Positions 1 through 10,183 of a stretch of 64,000 bases of DNA are shown piece by piece. The stretch comes from an uncultured Pseudomonadota bacterium. Lineage in GTDB: Bacteria > Oederibacteriota > Muellerivitia > Muellerivitales > Muellerivitaceae. The position numbers were made by a program, and so were the translations under genes. The stretch lies in NCBI GenBank assembly GCA_963770835.1, contig CAVYRH010000011.1, positions 247,753 through 311,752 of the forward strand. The letters run 5' to 3'. A model generated the notes under the pieces. It did not search any database. It was not told the origin of the DNA and saw only the letters and a program-made list of their open reading frames with translations. Positions within the stretch are counted from its first letter, which is position 1. Every line of letters starts with the position of its first letter.

Positions 1-1
1 G

Positions 2-1024
2 GCCGAGCAATTTGAGGCTTCCCAGCGTCGGGAACTCCTTGTCCAAAAAATACGTTCGGTTTTGTTGGATGGCATCCTCTTCGCCAGCAGCGAGGTGGAT
101 GACTACGTCTCCCTTCTCAACCGTGATCTGAAAGGCGTTTATGTGGCGTTGGATGAATCAGTCTATGAGAAAAACATCAAAGCAACAGAAGATGACTTAA
201 AAGAATTCTACGAAAATACAAGAAGCCAATACGACCACCCGGAGAGGGTCAAAATCCGCCACATCTTCATCACTCCTCCCCAAAGCGAGGGCTTTCAGGA
301 CCCAGAAAAGGTCAAAAAAACTCTTGAAGATTACCGCTCGCAGGTCCTTTCGGGCAAAGCCAAATTCCAGGAACTCGCTAAAAAATACTCCCAGGATGAA
401 CAGACGAAAACCAAAGGCGGTGAAATCGGGTGGATTGAGCGCGGGACCTTGCCCAAGGACATGGAATCCAACATCTTTGGCTTGAAGAAAGGAGAGATTA
501 CTAGTCCCTTCAAACTTCAAAGCGGATACGATATCGCCCAAATCGAGGATTATGAAACTGCCTACAAGAGCACCTTTGAGGAAGTCCGACCCAAGGTTTT
601 GGACCAATTCCGAAAGCAGAAAGCGGCCCAAAAAATCGCCGTGCTCTCCGAAAAACTGGCCGAAAAGTTGAAAAATAAAGAAACATTGGAAAAAGCTGCC
701 AAGGAACTGGGGCTTTCAGTTACAACCACCGACTGGTTCAGCCGCCAAACGGGAATTCCGCATATCTTGGATTCGAAGGATGCCGCCGAAGAATTGGCCT
801 CCCTTTATCCCCAGCAATGGAAGGGTCCCTTGTCGATCCACCAAAAGGAGTATTTTTTCCAAATCGTCGATGCCCAGGAAGAAAATAACCGCAAAGCTCT
901 AACCGATCAAGAACGAATGGAGATCACCCAGCGGATGACTTATGAGCGGCAACAAGCTTGGCTTCAGGATTTCTTAACCAATGAACGAAAAATTCTAGAC
1001 GTTAAAACTTTTTTGAACGGTTAA
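2..1024 (+). CDS. PpiD/SurA-type periplasmic chaperone, parvulin PPIase (5' truncated by window)
   Basis: Frame open from position 2; parvulin motifs VKIRHIFI, FQELAKKYSQD..TKTKGGEIGW, GEITSPFK. Confidence 0.8.
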   Translation, partial: AEQFEASQRRELLVQKIRSVLLDGILFASSEVDDYVSLLNRDLKGVYVALDESVYEKNIKATEDDLKEFYENTRSQYDHPERVKIRHIFITPPQSEGFQDPEKVKKTLEDYRSQVLSGKAKFQELAKKYSQDEQTKTKGGEIGWIERGTLPKDMESNIFGLKKGEITSPFKLQSGYDIAQIEDYETAYKSTFEEVRPKVLDQFRKQKAAQKIAVLSEKLAEKLKNKETLEKAAKELGLSVTTTDWFSRQTGIPHILDSKDAAEELASLYPQQWKGPLSIHQKEYFFQIVDAQEENNRKALTDQERMEITQRMTYERQQAWLQDFLTNERKILDVKTFLNG

Positions 1025-1589
1025 AAGGAAGGTTCGTTTCCCTAATCATCCATTGGAGAGGCAAGCCCATAACATTGAAATAATCCCCCTCCCATTTTCT
1101 AATCCACGTCCGGGCGGTTCCCTGAATATCATAGGCCCCTGCCTTGTCATATGGTTCCTTGGAGTTGAGATAAACCCTTTGCTCTCGCGGGGTTAGGCCC
1201 CTGAAAAAAACCCTGGTTTTTTCCGCATGCGTGCGGGAGCGCTTTTTTTTCACCAGGGCTACACCCGTCCAAACCGTATGGGCCTTTCCTTGGAGAGTTC
1301 GGAGCATATTCCCCGCCTGGCTTCGATTTTTGGGTTTTCCAAATAATTTTCCATGGCACACAACCACTGTATCCGCGCCCAGAACCCAGGATTGTGGAAA
1401 CCGTTTTGCGACGGCCTGGGCTTTCTTGAGGGCCAGTCTTACAACCATTTTGGAAGGGTTTTCCCTGGGCAGTCGTTTTTCACTGACACCCAAAGGTTTT
1501 ACGGTTCGAAAGGAAATCCCGGCAAAGCGAAGGATGGCCTTACGGCGGGGCGAATGGGAGGCCAATACCAGCTGGGTCTGGGATTTCAC
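1002..1589 (-). CDS. maf: Maf nucleoside triphosphate pyrophosphatase
   Basis: LVLASHSPRR, LGADTVV, DKAGAYDIQG, NVMGLP. Confidence 0.93.
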   Translation of the reverse strand: MKSQTQLVLASHSPRRKAILRFAGISFRTVKPLGVSEKRLPRENPSKMVVRLALKKAQAVAKRFPQSWVLGADTVVVCHGKLFGKPKNRSQAGNMLRTLQGKAHTVWTGVALVKKKRSRTHAEKTRVFFRGLTPREQRVYLNSKEPYDKAGAYDIQGTARTWIRKWEGDYFNVMGLPLQWMIRETNLPFNRSKKF

Positions 1590-1593
1590 AATA

Positions 1594-1849
1594 TTACTTG
1601 GAATAATAAAGTCCGGCGATCATGCCAATAACTCCGAAAAGGTTGATGAAATTTTTTCATCCCGAAAGTTAAGATGGTAATTTGAAGATTCAGGATCAGC
1701 GACGAATCAAACACCAAGGTCAAATCCTTCATAAGCGAATCATGAAACAATTCTTTTGGAACCAATAGGCCCAATAATTCTACAACATACCCCCCCAATA
1801 TCCCACCGAGGATAATCATCAAGAAGGTTAAACCGGCTCCCTTCGACAT
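1594..1849 (-). CDS. DUF4321-like small membrane protein, apparent 1-nt frameshift in the homopolymer at 1652-1657
   Basis: IILGGILGGYVVELL...ILTFGMK; removing one A gives NFINLFGVIGMIAGLYYSK*, a second TM helix; lies directly upstream of maf. Confidence 0.6.
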
Positions 1850-1945
1850 TTTAATTCTTCCCACAAAACTTGTCGAACAGTCGTAAATTGTCAGCCGTTA
1901 ATCAAATTTTAACGATTGTTGACGTCTCAGACCCGATACCCACCA

Positions 1946-2749
1946 TTAGATTTTATGGTCGCTAGGAGTTGAAACTTGAATCTGTAACTTACTGATGGCT
2001 TCGTGAGCGGCTAGTTGCTCCGCTTCTTTTTTATTTTTCCCAACTCCAGTCGCAAGGGTTTTTCCTCCCACTATGCAGGCGGCTTCGAAGTTTCGGTTGT
2101 GGTCTGGACCCCATTCCCGGATGACTTCATACCGGGGGGCTGTTTTTTGGGTTTTTTGGAAATGCTCCTGTAAAAGCGTCTTGTAGTCCTTCTCAATGCG
2201 CCCGGAAAAAACCTTTTCCACGTCTTCTTGGAGAAGGTTCAAAACTAGTCCTTGGGCCGCGGGAAGCCCGCCCACCAAATACACTGCCCCAATTACCGCC
2301 TCCAAGGCATCCGCTAAAAGGGAGGTTCTAACCCGCCCGCCGGATTTTTCCTCACCTTTTCCCAATAGAATGAAATCCCCTAAATCAAGCGCGGCCGCCT
2401 TTTCACTTAAAACCTGGGCGCTGACGATTACGCTTTTAACCTTAGAAAGACCTCCTTCGGTGACGCCTGGATAGGTCTCGAAGACATAGTGGCTGATGAC
2501 CAGCCCTAAAACCGAGTCCCCCAAAAATTCCAACTTCTCGTTATTGTAACTTGGGTTCATTTTTCGTTCGTGTGTGTAGGACTTATGGGTCAGTGCTTCG
2601 TTTAAAAGCTGTCCGTCCCCCAATGGGATATGCAGGCTTTTGGAAAATTGCTTAAGGTGTTCTAAGCGGGACTTTTCAAGGGTGACTTCGTCCCCGCCGG
2701 AACTTCGCCTTTTTTTAGGAATTAAATTTTTGAACAATGAGAGTGACAT
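1946..2749 (-). CDS. rnc: Ribonuclease III (start uncertain; ATG at 2749 chosen)
   Basis: ALTHKSY, NEKLEFLGDSVLGL, DALEAVIGAVYL, dsRBD DYKTLLQE...KKEAEQLAA. Confidence 0.95.
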   Translation of the reverse strand: MSLSLFKNLIPKKRRSSGGDEVTLEKSRLEHLKQFSKSLHIPLGDGQLLNEALTHKSYTHERKMNPSYNNEKLEFLGDSVLGLVISHYVFETYPGVTEGGLSKVKSVIVSAQVLSEKAAALDLGDFILLGKGEEKSGGRVRTSLLADALEAVIGAVYLVGGLPAAQGLVLNLLQEDVEKVFSGRIEKDYKTLLQEHFQKTQKTAPRYEVIREWGPDHNRNFEAACIVGGKTLATGVGKNKKEAEQLAAHEAISKLQIQVSTPSDHKI

Positions 2750-3959
2750 TATGGCCGCCAAATCCGAGGGAATTGGAAAGGCAAACATTGACGGTTTGGG
2801 CTCTTTTTTGGTTGGGGATATAGTCCAAATCACATTCGGGGTCGGGATTTTCAAGGTTGATGGTGGGCGGCAAGACACCCCGTTGGAGTGCCATCACGCA
2901 GGCCACATATTCAATCCCGCCGGCAGCCCCTAAAAGATGTCCCGTGCTTGATTTCGTGGAAGAAATGGCGACTTTTTTCGCGTGTTCCCCAAATATTGTT
3001 TTGATGGCCATAGTTTCGAACTTATCGTTATAGGGAGTAGAGGTGCCATGGGCGTTGATGTAATCAATCTTCTCCGGCCCCATTTTCGCGTCCTTGAGGG
3101 CCAGTGCCATCGAACGGGCAGCTCCCTCCCCATTTTCGGCGGGAGTAGTCATGTGATAAGCGTCCGAGGTCGTGCCATAGCCGATGGCCTCAGCGTAAAT
3201 CCTGGCGCCACGGGCCTGTGCGTGTTCGAGGGACTCAAGTACTACGACTCCGGCTCCTTCCCCCATGACAAAACCGCAACGGTTTTTGTCAAAGGGACGG
3301 CTACCTTTAGTGGGATTTTCATTGAAATCCATGCAAAGGGCGTTCATGTTGCAAAAGCCGGCATATCCTAATTCGGTGATACAGGCTTCCGTGCCTCCAG
3401 CGATCACGACATCTGCTTCGCCTTTCTGGAGCCAGCGCATGGCTTCACCGATTGCATGGGCGCCAGAGGAGCAGGCGGAAACGGTGGCGGTATTGGGACC
3501 CTGGGCTTGAAGGTAAATGGAGGTCATACCCGAGGCCATGTTGATAATCATCATTGGGATGAGAAAGGGTGATACCCGGTCCGGCCCTTTTTCAATCAAG
3601 CGAGCGTGCTGTTCCACCAGAACTGGAAGCCCCCCAATGCCGGACCCGATCAGGACTCCAACCCGGGTTTTGTCTTCCTTAGACATGTCCAGCCGGGCGT
3701 CGGCCACAGCCTGCAGGCTGGCCGCCACGGCGAACTGGACGAAATAGTCCATCTTGCGGACGTCTTTTTTTTCGATACCAAACTTAACCGGATCGAAATT
3801 CTTGACTTCCCCGCCGATCTTGCTGGGAACACGCGAGGGGTCGAATCGGGTGACGATTCCGATGCCACTTTTACCATCGCAGATGTTTTCGAAAAAATCG
3901 GTAGCGTTATTTCCATTGGGGGTAATGGCGCCCAAACCAGTAATAACGACGCGTTTCAA
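2715..3959 (-). CDS. fabF: 3-oxoacyl-ACP synthase II
   Basis: KRVVITGLG, SACSSG, INAHGTST, GHLLGAAGG, NSLGFGGHN; GGAGG before TTG. Confidence 0.97.
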   Translation of the reverse strand: MKRVVITGLGAITPNGNNATDFFENICDGKSGIGIVTRFDPSRVPSKIGGEVKNFDPVKFGIEKKDVRKMDYFVQFAVAASLQAVADARLDMSKEDKTRVGVLIGSGIGGLPVLVEQHARLIEKGPDRVSPFLIPMMIINMASGMTSIYLQAQGPNTATVSACSSGAHAIGEAMRWLQKGEADVVIAGGTEACITELGYAGFCNMNALCMDFNENPTKGSRPFDKNRCGFVMGEGAGVVVLESLEHAQARGARIYAEAIGYGTTSDAYHMTTPAENGEGAARSMALALKDAKMGPEKIDYINAHGTSTPYNDKFETMAIKTIFGEHAKKVAISSTKSSTGHLLGAAGGIEYVACVMALQRGVLPPTINLENPDPECDLDYIPNQKRAQTVNVCLSNSLGFGGHNVTLIVQKFNS

Positions 3960-3983
3960 GGGTTCCCTCCGACGACAGAAAAA

Positions 3984-4220
3984 TTATTCCGAGGCTTTCG
4001 ACTTGATATAGTTAATCGCGTCACCAACCGTCTTGATTTTCTCGGCGTCTTCATCCGGAATCTCAAGATCAAATTCCTCTTCAAACGCCATGACCAATTC
4101 GACGGTATCCAGGGAGTCGGCACCGAGGTCGTCAATAAAAGAAGCTTCGGGCTTCACTTGTTCGGCTTCCACACCAAGTTGGTCTACAATAATTTCCTTC
4201 ACTTTATCTTCAATGGCCAT
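3984..4220 (-). CDS. acpP: Acyl carrier protein
   Basis: [27 protein letters not shown] before ATG at 4220. Confidence 0.97.
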   Translation of the reverse strand: MAIEDKVKEIIVDQLGVEAEQVKPEASFIDDLGADSLDTVELVMAFEEEFDLEIPDEDAEKIKTVGDAINYIKSKASE

Positions 4221-4299
4221 CGTCCTCACCTCCGTAAAAAGTGTGCCCATCATAGGCAAAAAAAGGCTCTTTTCAACCATCCCTTCCAAAAGCAGACCC

Positions 4300-5043
4300 T
4301 TATATCACCATTCCACCGTCAACGCAAATAACTTGTCCCGTAATATACCTGGCCTCGTCCGCGGCGAAAAATAAAACCGCATTGGCAACGTCGGACGTTT
4401 CGCCCAAAAAGCCCAAGGGGATTTGCCCCAATAATTCTTCCTTAGCTTTGTCCTCCATGGCCTTCGTCATGTCGGTTTGGATGAACCCGGGAGCAACAGC
4501 ATTGCAGGTAATGTTTCGGCTTGCGAATTCCCGAGCCGTTGTTTTGGTAAGTCCAATGAGGCCCGCCTTGCTGGCCGCATAATTGGCTTGGCCTGCATTA
4601 CCCTTAACCCCACTGACGGAAGTGATATTGACAATACGCCCCTGTCTCGCTTTCATCATGGACTTTATGAAATACTTGGTCATCAAAAAAGCGCTCTTGA
4701 GGTTAACATTGAGAACTTCCTCCCAATCCACTTCGCTCATGCGAAGGAGCAGGTTGTCCCTTGTGATTCCCGCGTTGTTGACCAAAATGTCAATTTTCCC
4801 AAAACCCTCTAGGACGGCCTTTGAAAAATTCTCCACCTCGCTTCCCTTGGAGACATCCAATTTCAAGGCCAAACACCGGGGAGCGCCAGCCGTTTCGATT
4901 TCAGTCGCCGCTTCCTTTAATGTGATTTCATTTGTGCCGCAAATGGCAACCGAGGAACCCTTTTGGGCGAAGGCAAGAGCAATGGCCTTTCCGATCCCAC
5001 GGTTCCCCCCCGTCACCACCGCGACTTTATCCCTCAAGTTCAT
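4300..5043 (-). CDS. fabG: 3-oxoacyl-ACP reductase
   Basis: [21 protein letters not shown]; fab operon context. Confidence 0.96.
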   Translation of the reverse strand: MNLRDKVAVVTGGNRGIGKAIALAFAQKGSSVAICGTNEITLKEAATEIETAGAPRCLALKLDVSKGSEVENFSKAVLEGFGKIDILVNNAGITRDNLLLRMSEVDWEEVLNVNLKSAFLMTKYFIKSMMKARQGRIVNITSVSGVKGNAGQANYAASKAGLIGLTKTTAREFASRNITCNAVAPGFIQTDMTKAMEDKAKEELLGQIPLGFLGETSDVANAVLFFAADEARYITGQVICVDGGMVI

Positions 5044-5963
5044 TTTGCTTCACCTATCGCTTTGATGGATGCAACGTCACCGGCATTGGAAACAATGGCT
5101 TCCTTGTTGATCTTCTGAATGAGCCCGCATAAAACTTTGCCCGAACCCACCTCCACGAAACGAGTGAACTCGTCCCCCATCATTTTTTGGATGGTCTTTG
5201 TCCATTGGACCGGGGCCATTAGCTGACGAACCAGGCTTTCCTTGATCTGTGCCGGATCACTCATCGAAGCAGCGTCAATATCCGAGTAATAAGCGACTTG
5301 AGGGGCCGAAAGATGGACTTCATTCAGGGCCTTTTTAAAGCCTTCAGCGGCTTGCTTCATGAGAGAACTGTGGAAAGGGCCACTCACAGGAAGTTCCACG
5401 GCCCGCTTAGCCCCCAAAGCCTTGGCCTTTTCGCAAGCGACGGCGACAGCCATTTTTTCCCCTGAAATGACAATCTGTCCCGGACAATTGACATTGGCTG
5501 GTTCCACCACGCCCAGGGCTGAGGCTTCCCGGCAGGCCTGGAGAACTTTCTCTTCGTCCAACATCAGGATGACGGCCATGGTTCCCCGGCCCTTTCCGGC
5601 TTCTTCCATTAACTCACCCCGTCGCCGGACCAATTTCACGGCATCCTCAAACAAGAGGGCTTGGGCAGCTACCAGGGCACTATAAGCCCCCAGGCTGTGC
5701 CCCGCTACCGCCTCAAAAGAAACGCCAGTCTTCCGAAGAATGGCCAGGGCAGCCATAGAACAGGTTAAAAGGGCGGGCTGGGTAACGGCCGTCTTCTTGA
5801 GTTCCTCTTCGGGTCCCTCAAAGCATACCCGGGAAAGGGAAAAGCCAAGCACGGAGTCGGCTTTTTCAAAAAAATCACGGCTTTCAGGGTAGGACTCATA
5901 AAGGTCCTTTCCCATTCCGACGGTTTGGGAGCCTTGGCCCGGAAACACAAAAGCTCGTTTCAT
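5040..5963 (-). CDS. fabD: Malonyl-CoA:ACP transacylase
   Basis: FPGQGSQ, GHSLG, SGPFHS. Confidence 0.96.
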   Translation of the reverse strand: MKRAFVFPGQGSQTVGMGKDLYESYPESRDFFEKADSVLGFSLSRVCFEGPEEELKKTAVTQPALLTCSMAALAILRKTGVSFEAVAGHSLGAYSALVAAQALLFEDAVKLVRRRGELMEEAGKGRGTMAVILMLDEEKVLQACREASALGVVEPANVNCPGQIVISGEKMAVAVACEKAKALGAKRAVELPVSGPFHSSLMKQAAEGFKKALNEVHLSAPQVAYYSDIDAASMSDPAQIKESLVRQLMAPVQWTKTIQKMMGDEFTRFVEVGSGKVLCGLIQKINKEAIVSNAGDVASIKAIGEAK

Positions 5964-5965
5964 GG

Positions 5966-6958
5966 TCACCACCTCACCGCGCTGGAAGCAAGAGTTGTCC
6001 CTGCGCCGAAGGCAACCAAGGCAATGACGTTGCCTTTTTTAACTTTCCCTGTTTTGACTGCTTCGTCCAAGGCGATGATCACGGAAGCCGCCGAAGTGTT
6101 GCCAACCTTGTCCAGGTTAATAAAAAGTTTCTCCGGGGCAACCTTCAACCGCTCTCCGATAGCCTGGATAATGCGGATGTTAGCCTGGTGGGGAACAATA
6201 GTGGAAATGTCTTCGAGCTGCAGATGGGCTCGGTGAGCTGCTTCCAAGATAGCTTCGCTCATCACCTTCACGGCGGTCTTAAAGATTTCCTTTCCTTCCA
6301 TCTTAAGGGTATGCAAGCTTTGTTCAATCGTTTCCTTCGAGGATGGGAACCGGCACCCACCTCCCGGAATTTTCAAAAGATCCGCTTCCTTTCCATTAGC
6401 CGCCATGTAAGAGGAAAGGATTTCATGATGACCTTCAGCCACTGATCCGATGATCGCGGCCCCAGCACCATCGCCAAAAAGGACGCAAGTACTTCTATCT
6501 TTCCAATCGATAAATGCTGTCAGTTTTTCAGCGCCGATAAGGAGAATATGTTTGTAGGTTCCGCTTTCAATGAAAGCCCTCGCAACAGTCAATCCATACA
6601 CAAAACCGGAGCAGGCGGCCGATAGGTCGAAGGCGGCGGCTTGTGGGGCGCCAAGTTTGCTTTGCACCCAACAAGCTGTCGCGGGCGTGGGTGTATCCGG
6701 TGTGATGGTGGCCACGATAATGAGGTCCAAATCGGTGGCTTTCAAACCGGCGGCCATAATGGCTTTCTTGGCCGCTTCCACCGCCATATCGGAGGTGGTT
6801 TGCTCGGGCGCCGCCATATGCCGCTCCCGAATTCCGGTTCGAGTAACGATCCATTCATCGGATGTTTCGACGATTTTTTCCAAATCCTTGTTGGTCAAAA
6901 CCTTCTCGGGCAAGTAGGATCCGGTCCCTAAAAAACCAGCATGGATTTTTTGGCTCAA
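5966..6958 (-). CDS. fabH: 3-oxoacyl-ACP synthase III
   Basis: AACSGF, PHQANIRII, GNTSAAS. Confidence 0.96.
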   Translation of the reverse strand: MSQKIHAGFLGTGSYLPEKVLTNKDLEKIVETSDEWIVTRTGIRERHMAAPEQTTSDMAVEAAKKAIMAAGLKATDLDLIIVATITPDTPTPATACWVQSKLGAPQAAAFDLSAACSGFVYGLTVARAFIESGTYKHILLIGAEKLTAFIDWKDRSTCVLFGDGAGAAIIGSVAEGHHEILSSYMAANGKEADLLKIPGGGCRFPSSKETIEQSLHTLKMEGKEIFKTAVKVMSEAILEAAHRAHLQLEDISTIVPHQANIRIIQAIGERLKVAPEKLFINLDKVGNTSAASVIIALDEAVKTGKVKKGNVIALVAFGAGTTLASSAVRW

Positions 6959-6959
6959 A

Positions 6960-8018
6960 TTAGTTCCCCGGTTTCGTTTCGGGCTTGTCGGAAGTTTGCC
7001 CGTGTTGTGCGATCTGCTCCTTCAAAAGCCCATTCATATCTTTGTTGACACAGCGCAGGGTGGCCCGGATGGCGTTTTTGATGGCCTCTGCGTTCGATTT
7101 CCCATGGGAAATCAGGCACAAACCGTCAATGCCCAACAGAGGAGCGCCGCCATATTCCTTGTAGTCGATGCTACGCTTGAAACGCCGGAAAGCGGGAGCG
7201 GCCAAAAGACCACCCACCAGCGTGAATAGGTTGGAGCTCATTTCCTTTTTTAAAAGTTTATAAACCAGTTCTCCAACACCCTCGATGGCCTTCAAGGTTA
7301 CGTTTCCGACAAAACCGTCGCAAACGGTCACATCGCAATTACCGTTGACGATATCGCGACCCTCGACGTTTCCGATGTAATTCAATGGAACTTTCTTCAA
7401 GAGGGCCTGGGTCTCAAATACCAGCTCATTCCCCTTGGTCTCCTCCTCCCCAATGGAAAGCAAGCCGACCCGGGGGTTCTTGAAATTCAGGACAGTCCTG
7501 GCGAAAACATCTCCCATCAGTGCGAATTGAAGCAAGTGTTTGGCTTTGCAGTCGACATTAGCCCCCGCATCCACGAGGACCGAAATACCTTGAACACTGG
7601 GAACCATGGTAACAATGGCGGGGCGGTAAACTCCGTCAATGCGCCCGCACATCATTAGGGCCGCAGCCATAGAGGCCCCTGAATTCCCAGCCGAAACGGT
7701 AGCGGTTACTTCCCCTTTTTTAACCAGTCCGGCGCAACGGACGACGGAAGAATCCCTTTTTTGCTTGCAGGCCTGGGCCGGGCTTTCCCCCATTTCCACT
7801 ACTTCCCGGGCATCAACGATCGAGATCGATTTTTTGGGGTAGTTCCCGATATGGGAAAGTTCCTTTTCAATATCCTCTTTACGGCCTACCAGGACCACTT
7901 CCAGGTCGTGATTGGCCATTCCAAGAACTTCGGCGTCTTGAACGGCGAGAACACCCCCCAGCACGGTTTCCCGTGGGGCGAAATCACCACCCATGGCATC
8001 AAGGGCGATTCTTATCAT
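6960..8018 (-). CDS. plsX: Phosphate acyltransferase PlsX
   Basis: IALDAMGGDFAP, SAGNSGA, DAGANVD, GEEETKG, YGGAPLLG. Confidence 0.96.
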   Translation of the reverse strand: MIRIALDAMGGDFAPRETVLGGVLAVQDAEVLGMANHDLEVVLVGRKEDIEKELSHIGNYPKKSISIVDAREVVEMGESPAQACKQKRDSSVVRCAGLVKKGEVTATVSAGNSGASMAAALMMCGRIDGVYRPAIVTMVPSVQGISVLVDAGANVDCKAKHLLQFALMGDVFARTVLNFKNPRVGLLSIGEEETKGNELVFETQALLKKVPLNYIGNVEGRDIVNGNCDVTVCDGFVGNVTLKAIEGVGELVYKLLKKEMSSNLFTLVGGLLAAPAFRRFKRSIDYKEYGGAPLLGIDGLCLISHGKSNAEAIKNAIRATLRCVNKDMNGLLKEQIAQHGQTSDKPETKPGN

Positions 8019-8027
8019 TGGACTGGA

Positions 8028-8210
8028 TTAGGCAATATCAACGCTGACGACTTCTTTGCCTTTGTAATAACCGCAGGTGGGACATACCCGGTGGGGCAGT
8101 TTGGCGCTTTTGCACTGGGGGCAAACCGAGAGCGATTTCGTCTTGATTTTCCAATTTGTGCGGCGCTTGTCCCGGCGTTGGCGTGAATGTCTCCGTTTAG
8201 GATTAGGCAT
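8028..8210 (-). CDS. rpmF: 50S ribosomal protein L32 (Zn-ribbon form)
   Basis: MPNPKRRHS..., CPQC..PHRVCPTCGYY; GGAGG RBS. Confidence 0.96.
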   Translation of the reverse strand: MPNPKRRHSRQRRDKRRTNWKIKTKSLSVCPQCKSAKLPHRVCPTCGYYKGKEVVSVDIA

Positions 8211-8307
8211 GACAACCTCCAATAAAAGCGATGATTAATTTTGAATCCTCAACTTTGAATTTCGGAAGCCTCGGGTTTTTCCAACCTTGAGCCGCCTCGA
8301 TTAAAAT

Positions 8308-8826
8308 TCAGAATTTTAATTTCCGTAATGCGTCCCACCTGGGATCGGCGGGCGGTTCCTGGCACTGGCAGGATTCCACGTTCAAGTCGCGTCCGCAACC
8401 GCCGCAAAGCCCCCGGCAGTCGTCGCGGCAAAGAGCCCGCATCGGGACGGATAAAAGCACGGTTTGTCGAATTTGATCGGCGATATCCAATATATCGCCC
8501 TCAAAATACACAACCTCAAGCTGCCCTTCAGGCGGGCTTTCCTCCTCAGAGGTACTTTCCTCGCATTGAGCCCGGTAATGAACCTCAAAAAACGACTTAA
8601 AGCGGCTTTCAAACTCCTTCAAACAGCGGTCACACTCCAAGAGCATCTTGCCTTGAACCCAGCCCTTGGCCGAAACTAAGTCACCGCTTTTGGACAATTC
8701 ACAGTAAATTTCAAGCGGCTCCCTGCAAAGTTCAGGGGCCAACTCGATCCCCAACGCCTGGGCCCAGTCTTTTTCTTCTAAAACAAGGTCTTCTTGTTCC
8801 AGCGAGCGCAATTCCACCTTCAACAT
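8308..8826 (-). CDS. yceD: YceD/DUF177 family protein
   Basis: CDRCL, LCRDDCRGLCGGCG, DPRWDAL; upstream of rpmF. Confidence 0.9.
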   Translation of the reverse strand: MLKVELRSLEQEDLVLEEKDWAQALGIELAPELCREPLEIYCELSKSGDLVSAKGWVQGKMLLECDRCLKEFESRFKSFFEVHYRAQCEESTSEEESPPEGQLEVVYFEGDILDIADQIRQTVLLSVPMRALCRDDCRGLCGGCGRDLNVESCQCQEPPADPRWDALRKLKF

Positions 8827-8952
8827 CGTTGCGCCGCCTCCCTTCTATGCCACAGCCTTCATCTTCAGCTGCCCGCAATCCATTTAAATTTTCATTAATT
8901 TAAGGCTTAAAATGGATAGTGACAACTCGAAGCCGCCTTAAAAGCAGGGGCG

Positions 8953-8982
8953 ATTATAGGAATGCGACTCTTTGAGTGTCAA
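8953..8982 (-). promoter_or_regulatory. Sigma70 promoter for yceD-rpmF-plsX-fab operon
   Basis: TTGACA-18 nt-TATAAT followed by GC-rich CGCCCC discriminator. Confidence 0.8.
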
Positions 8983-9081
8983 GAAAATACCCCTATTTCG
9001 TGGCCAATTTACGGGGATTTTGACAAGTTATTCAATTGAATGTTGAGGATCGAATTCTAGTCTTTTGGAAAAAACGGAAGG

Positions 9082-9567
9082 TCAAAAAGCGTTGCGCAAG
9101 GCCTTTTCAACCGCTGCGGGCACAAAACCGCTTACATTTCCCTTAAGCATGGCCAATTCCTTGATGGAACTGGAGGAAAGAAAAATGAATTTCTCGTTTG
9201 GAACAAGGAAAACCACTTCAATACTTGGGTAGAGACTTCGATTGATCAAAGCCATCTGAAACTCATACTCGAAGTCCGCAACGGCCCTCAGGCCCCTAAA
9301 GATCATGCCGGCCTTGATGTCACGGGCATAATCCACCAAAAGCCCGTTGAAGGAGGAAATAACTACATTGGATAAATGTCGTGTTGTCTTTTTCAAAAGT
9401 TCCACCCGTTCCTCCACAGAAAAAAGGACTTTTTTGGAAGGATTGGCCACGACGGCAACATGCAGTTGATCACAGATTTTATGGGCCCTTTGGGCGATAT
9501 CCAAATGTCCATTGGTTACCGGATCAAAAGAACCGGGATAAAGGCCGATGATTTTCTTTTGAGACAA
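9082..9567 (-). CDS. coaD: Phosphopantetheine adenylyltransferase
   Basis: YPGSFDPVTNGHLDI, RGLRAVADFEYE, LSSSSIKE. Confidence 0.96.
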   Translation of the reverse strand: MSQKKIIGLYPGSFDPVTNGHLDIAQRAHKICDQLHVAVVANPSKKVLFSVEERVELLKKTTRHLSNVVISSFNGLLVDYARDIKAGMIFRGLRAVADFEYEFQMALINRSLYPSIEVVFLVPNEKFIFLSSSSIKELAMLKGNVSGFVPAAVEKALRNAF

Positions 9568-9584
9568 TTTCGATTCCTTTCAAT

Positions 9585-10172
9585 TCAATCACCAGAGGTG
9601 GGTGAGGCGGGGCTATTTTTAAACAAGGTTAAAAGAGTATCTCCGTATTTCTTCTGCCTGACCAAGGGGTACGGAAACTCCCCCGCTAGTTCCGTGTCCT
9701 TAAGCCCGTGTTCCACGGCAAAAATGCCGCCTTCTTTAAGAATAGGATATTCCATCAAAAGGTTTTGAAGACGTTTCAAAACGCCAGTCTCATAGGGTGG
9801 ATCGGCCAGTAGGATATCAAACTTTTTGCCTTCTAGATGAAGCAAATAAAATGCCTTGGAAACCTCCGAGGCAATAACGCGGACGTGTTCTTCTGGATTC
9901 CGGAGATTTATCCCAAAATTCTGAAGGTTTTCCGAAATCAGTTTGAGACTGTCTGGGGCCTTTTCCACAAGAATGACTTCGCAAGCACCACGGCTCAAGG
10001 CTTCGATGCCCAGATTTCCAGTACCAGCGTAAAAATCCACCACATTGCAACCTTCTACGGGCTCCAGCATGTTAAAAAGGGCCCCTTTTACTTTATCGGA
10101 GGTAGGGCGAATCTTCGTGTTTTTGGGAGCTTTAACGGTTCGGCTCTTAAATTTTCCGGCAATAACGCGCAA
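9585..10172 (-). CDS. rsmD: 16S rRNA m2G966 methyltransferase
   Basis: RVIAGKFK, IRPTSDKVK, DFYAGTG, DPPY; upstream of coaD. Confidence 0.93.
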   Translation of the reverse strand: MRVIAGKFKSRTVKAPKNTKIRPTSDKVKGALFNMLEPVEGCNVVDFYAGTGNLGIEALSRGACEVILVEKAPDSLKLISENLQNFGINLRNPEEHVRVIASEVSKAFYLLHLEGKKFDILLADPPYETGVLKRLQNLLMEYPILKEGGIFAVEHGLKDTELAGEFPYPLVRQKKYGDTLLTLFKNSPASPTSGD

Positions 10173-10183
10173 TGTTTTAATCC

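Noticed and set aside
2750..2878. Long N-terminal extension of rnc in the ORF track
   Set aside because: Lies inside fabF; upstream open frame only
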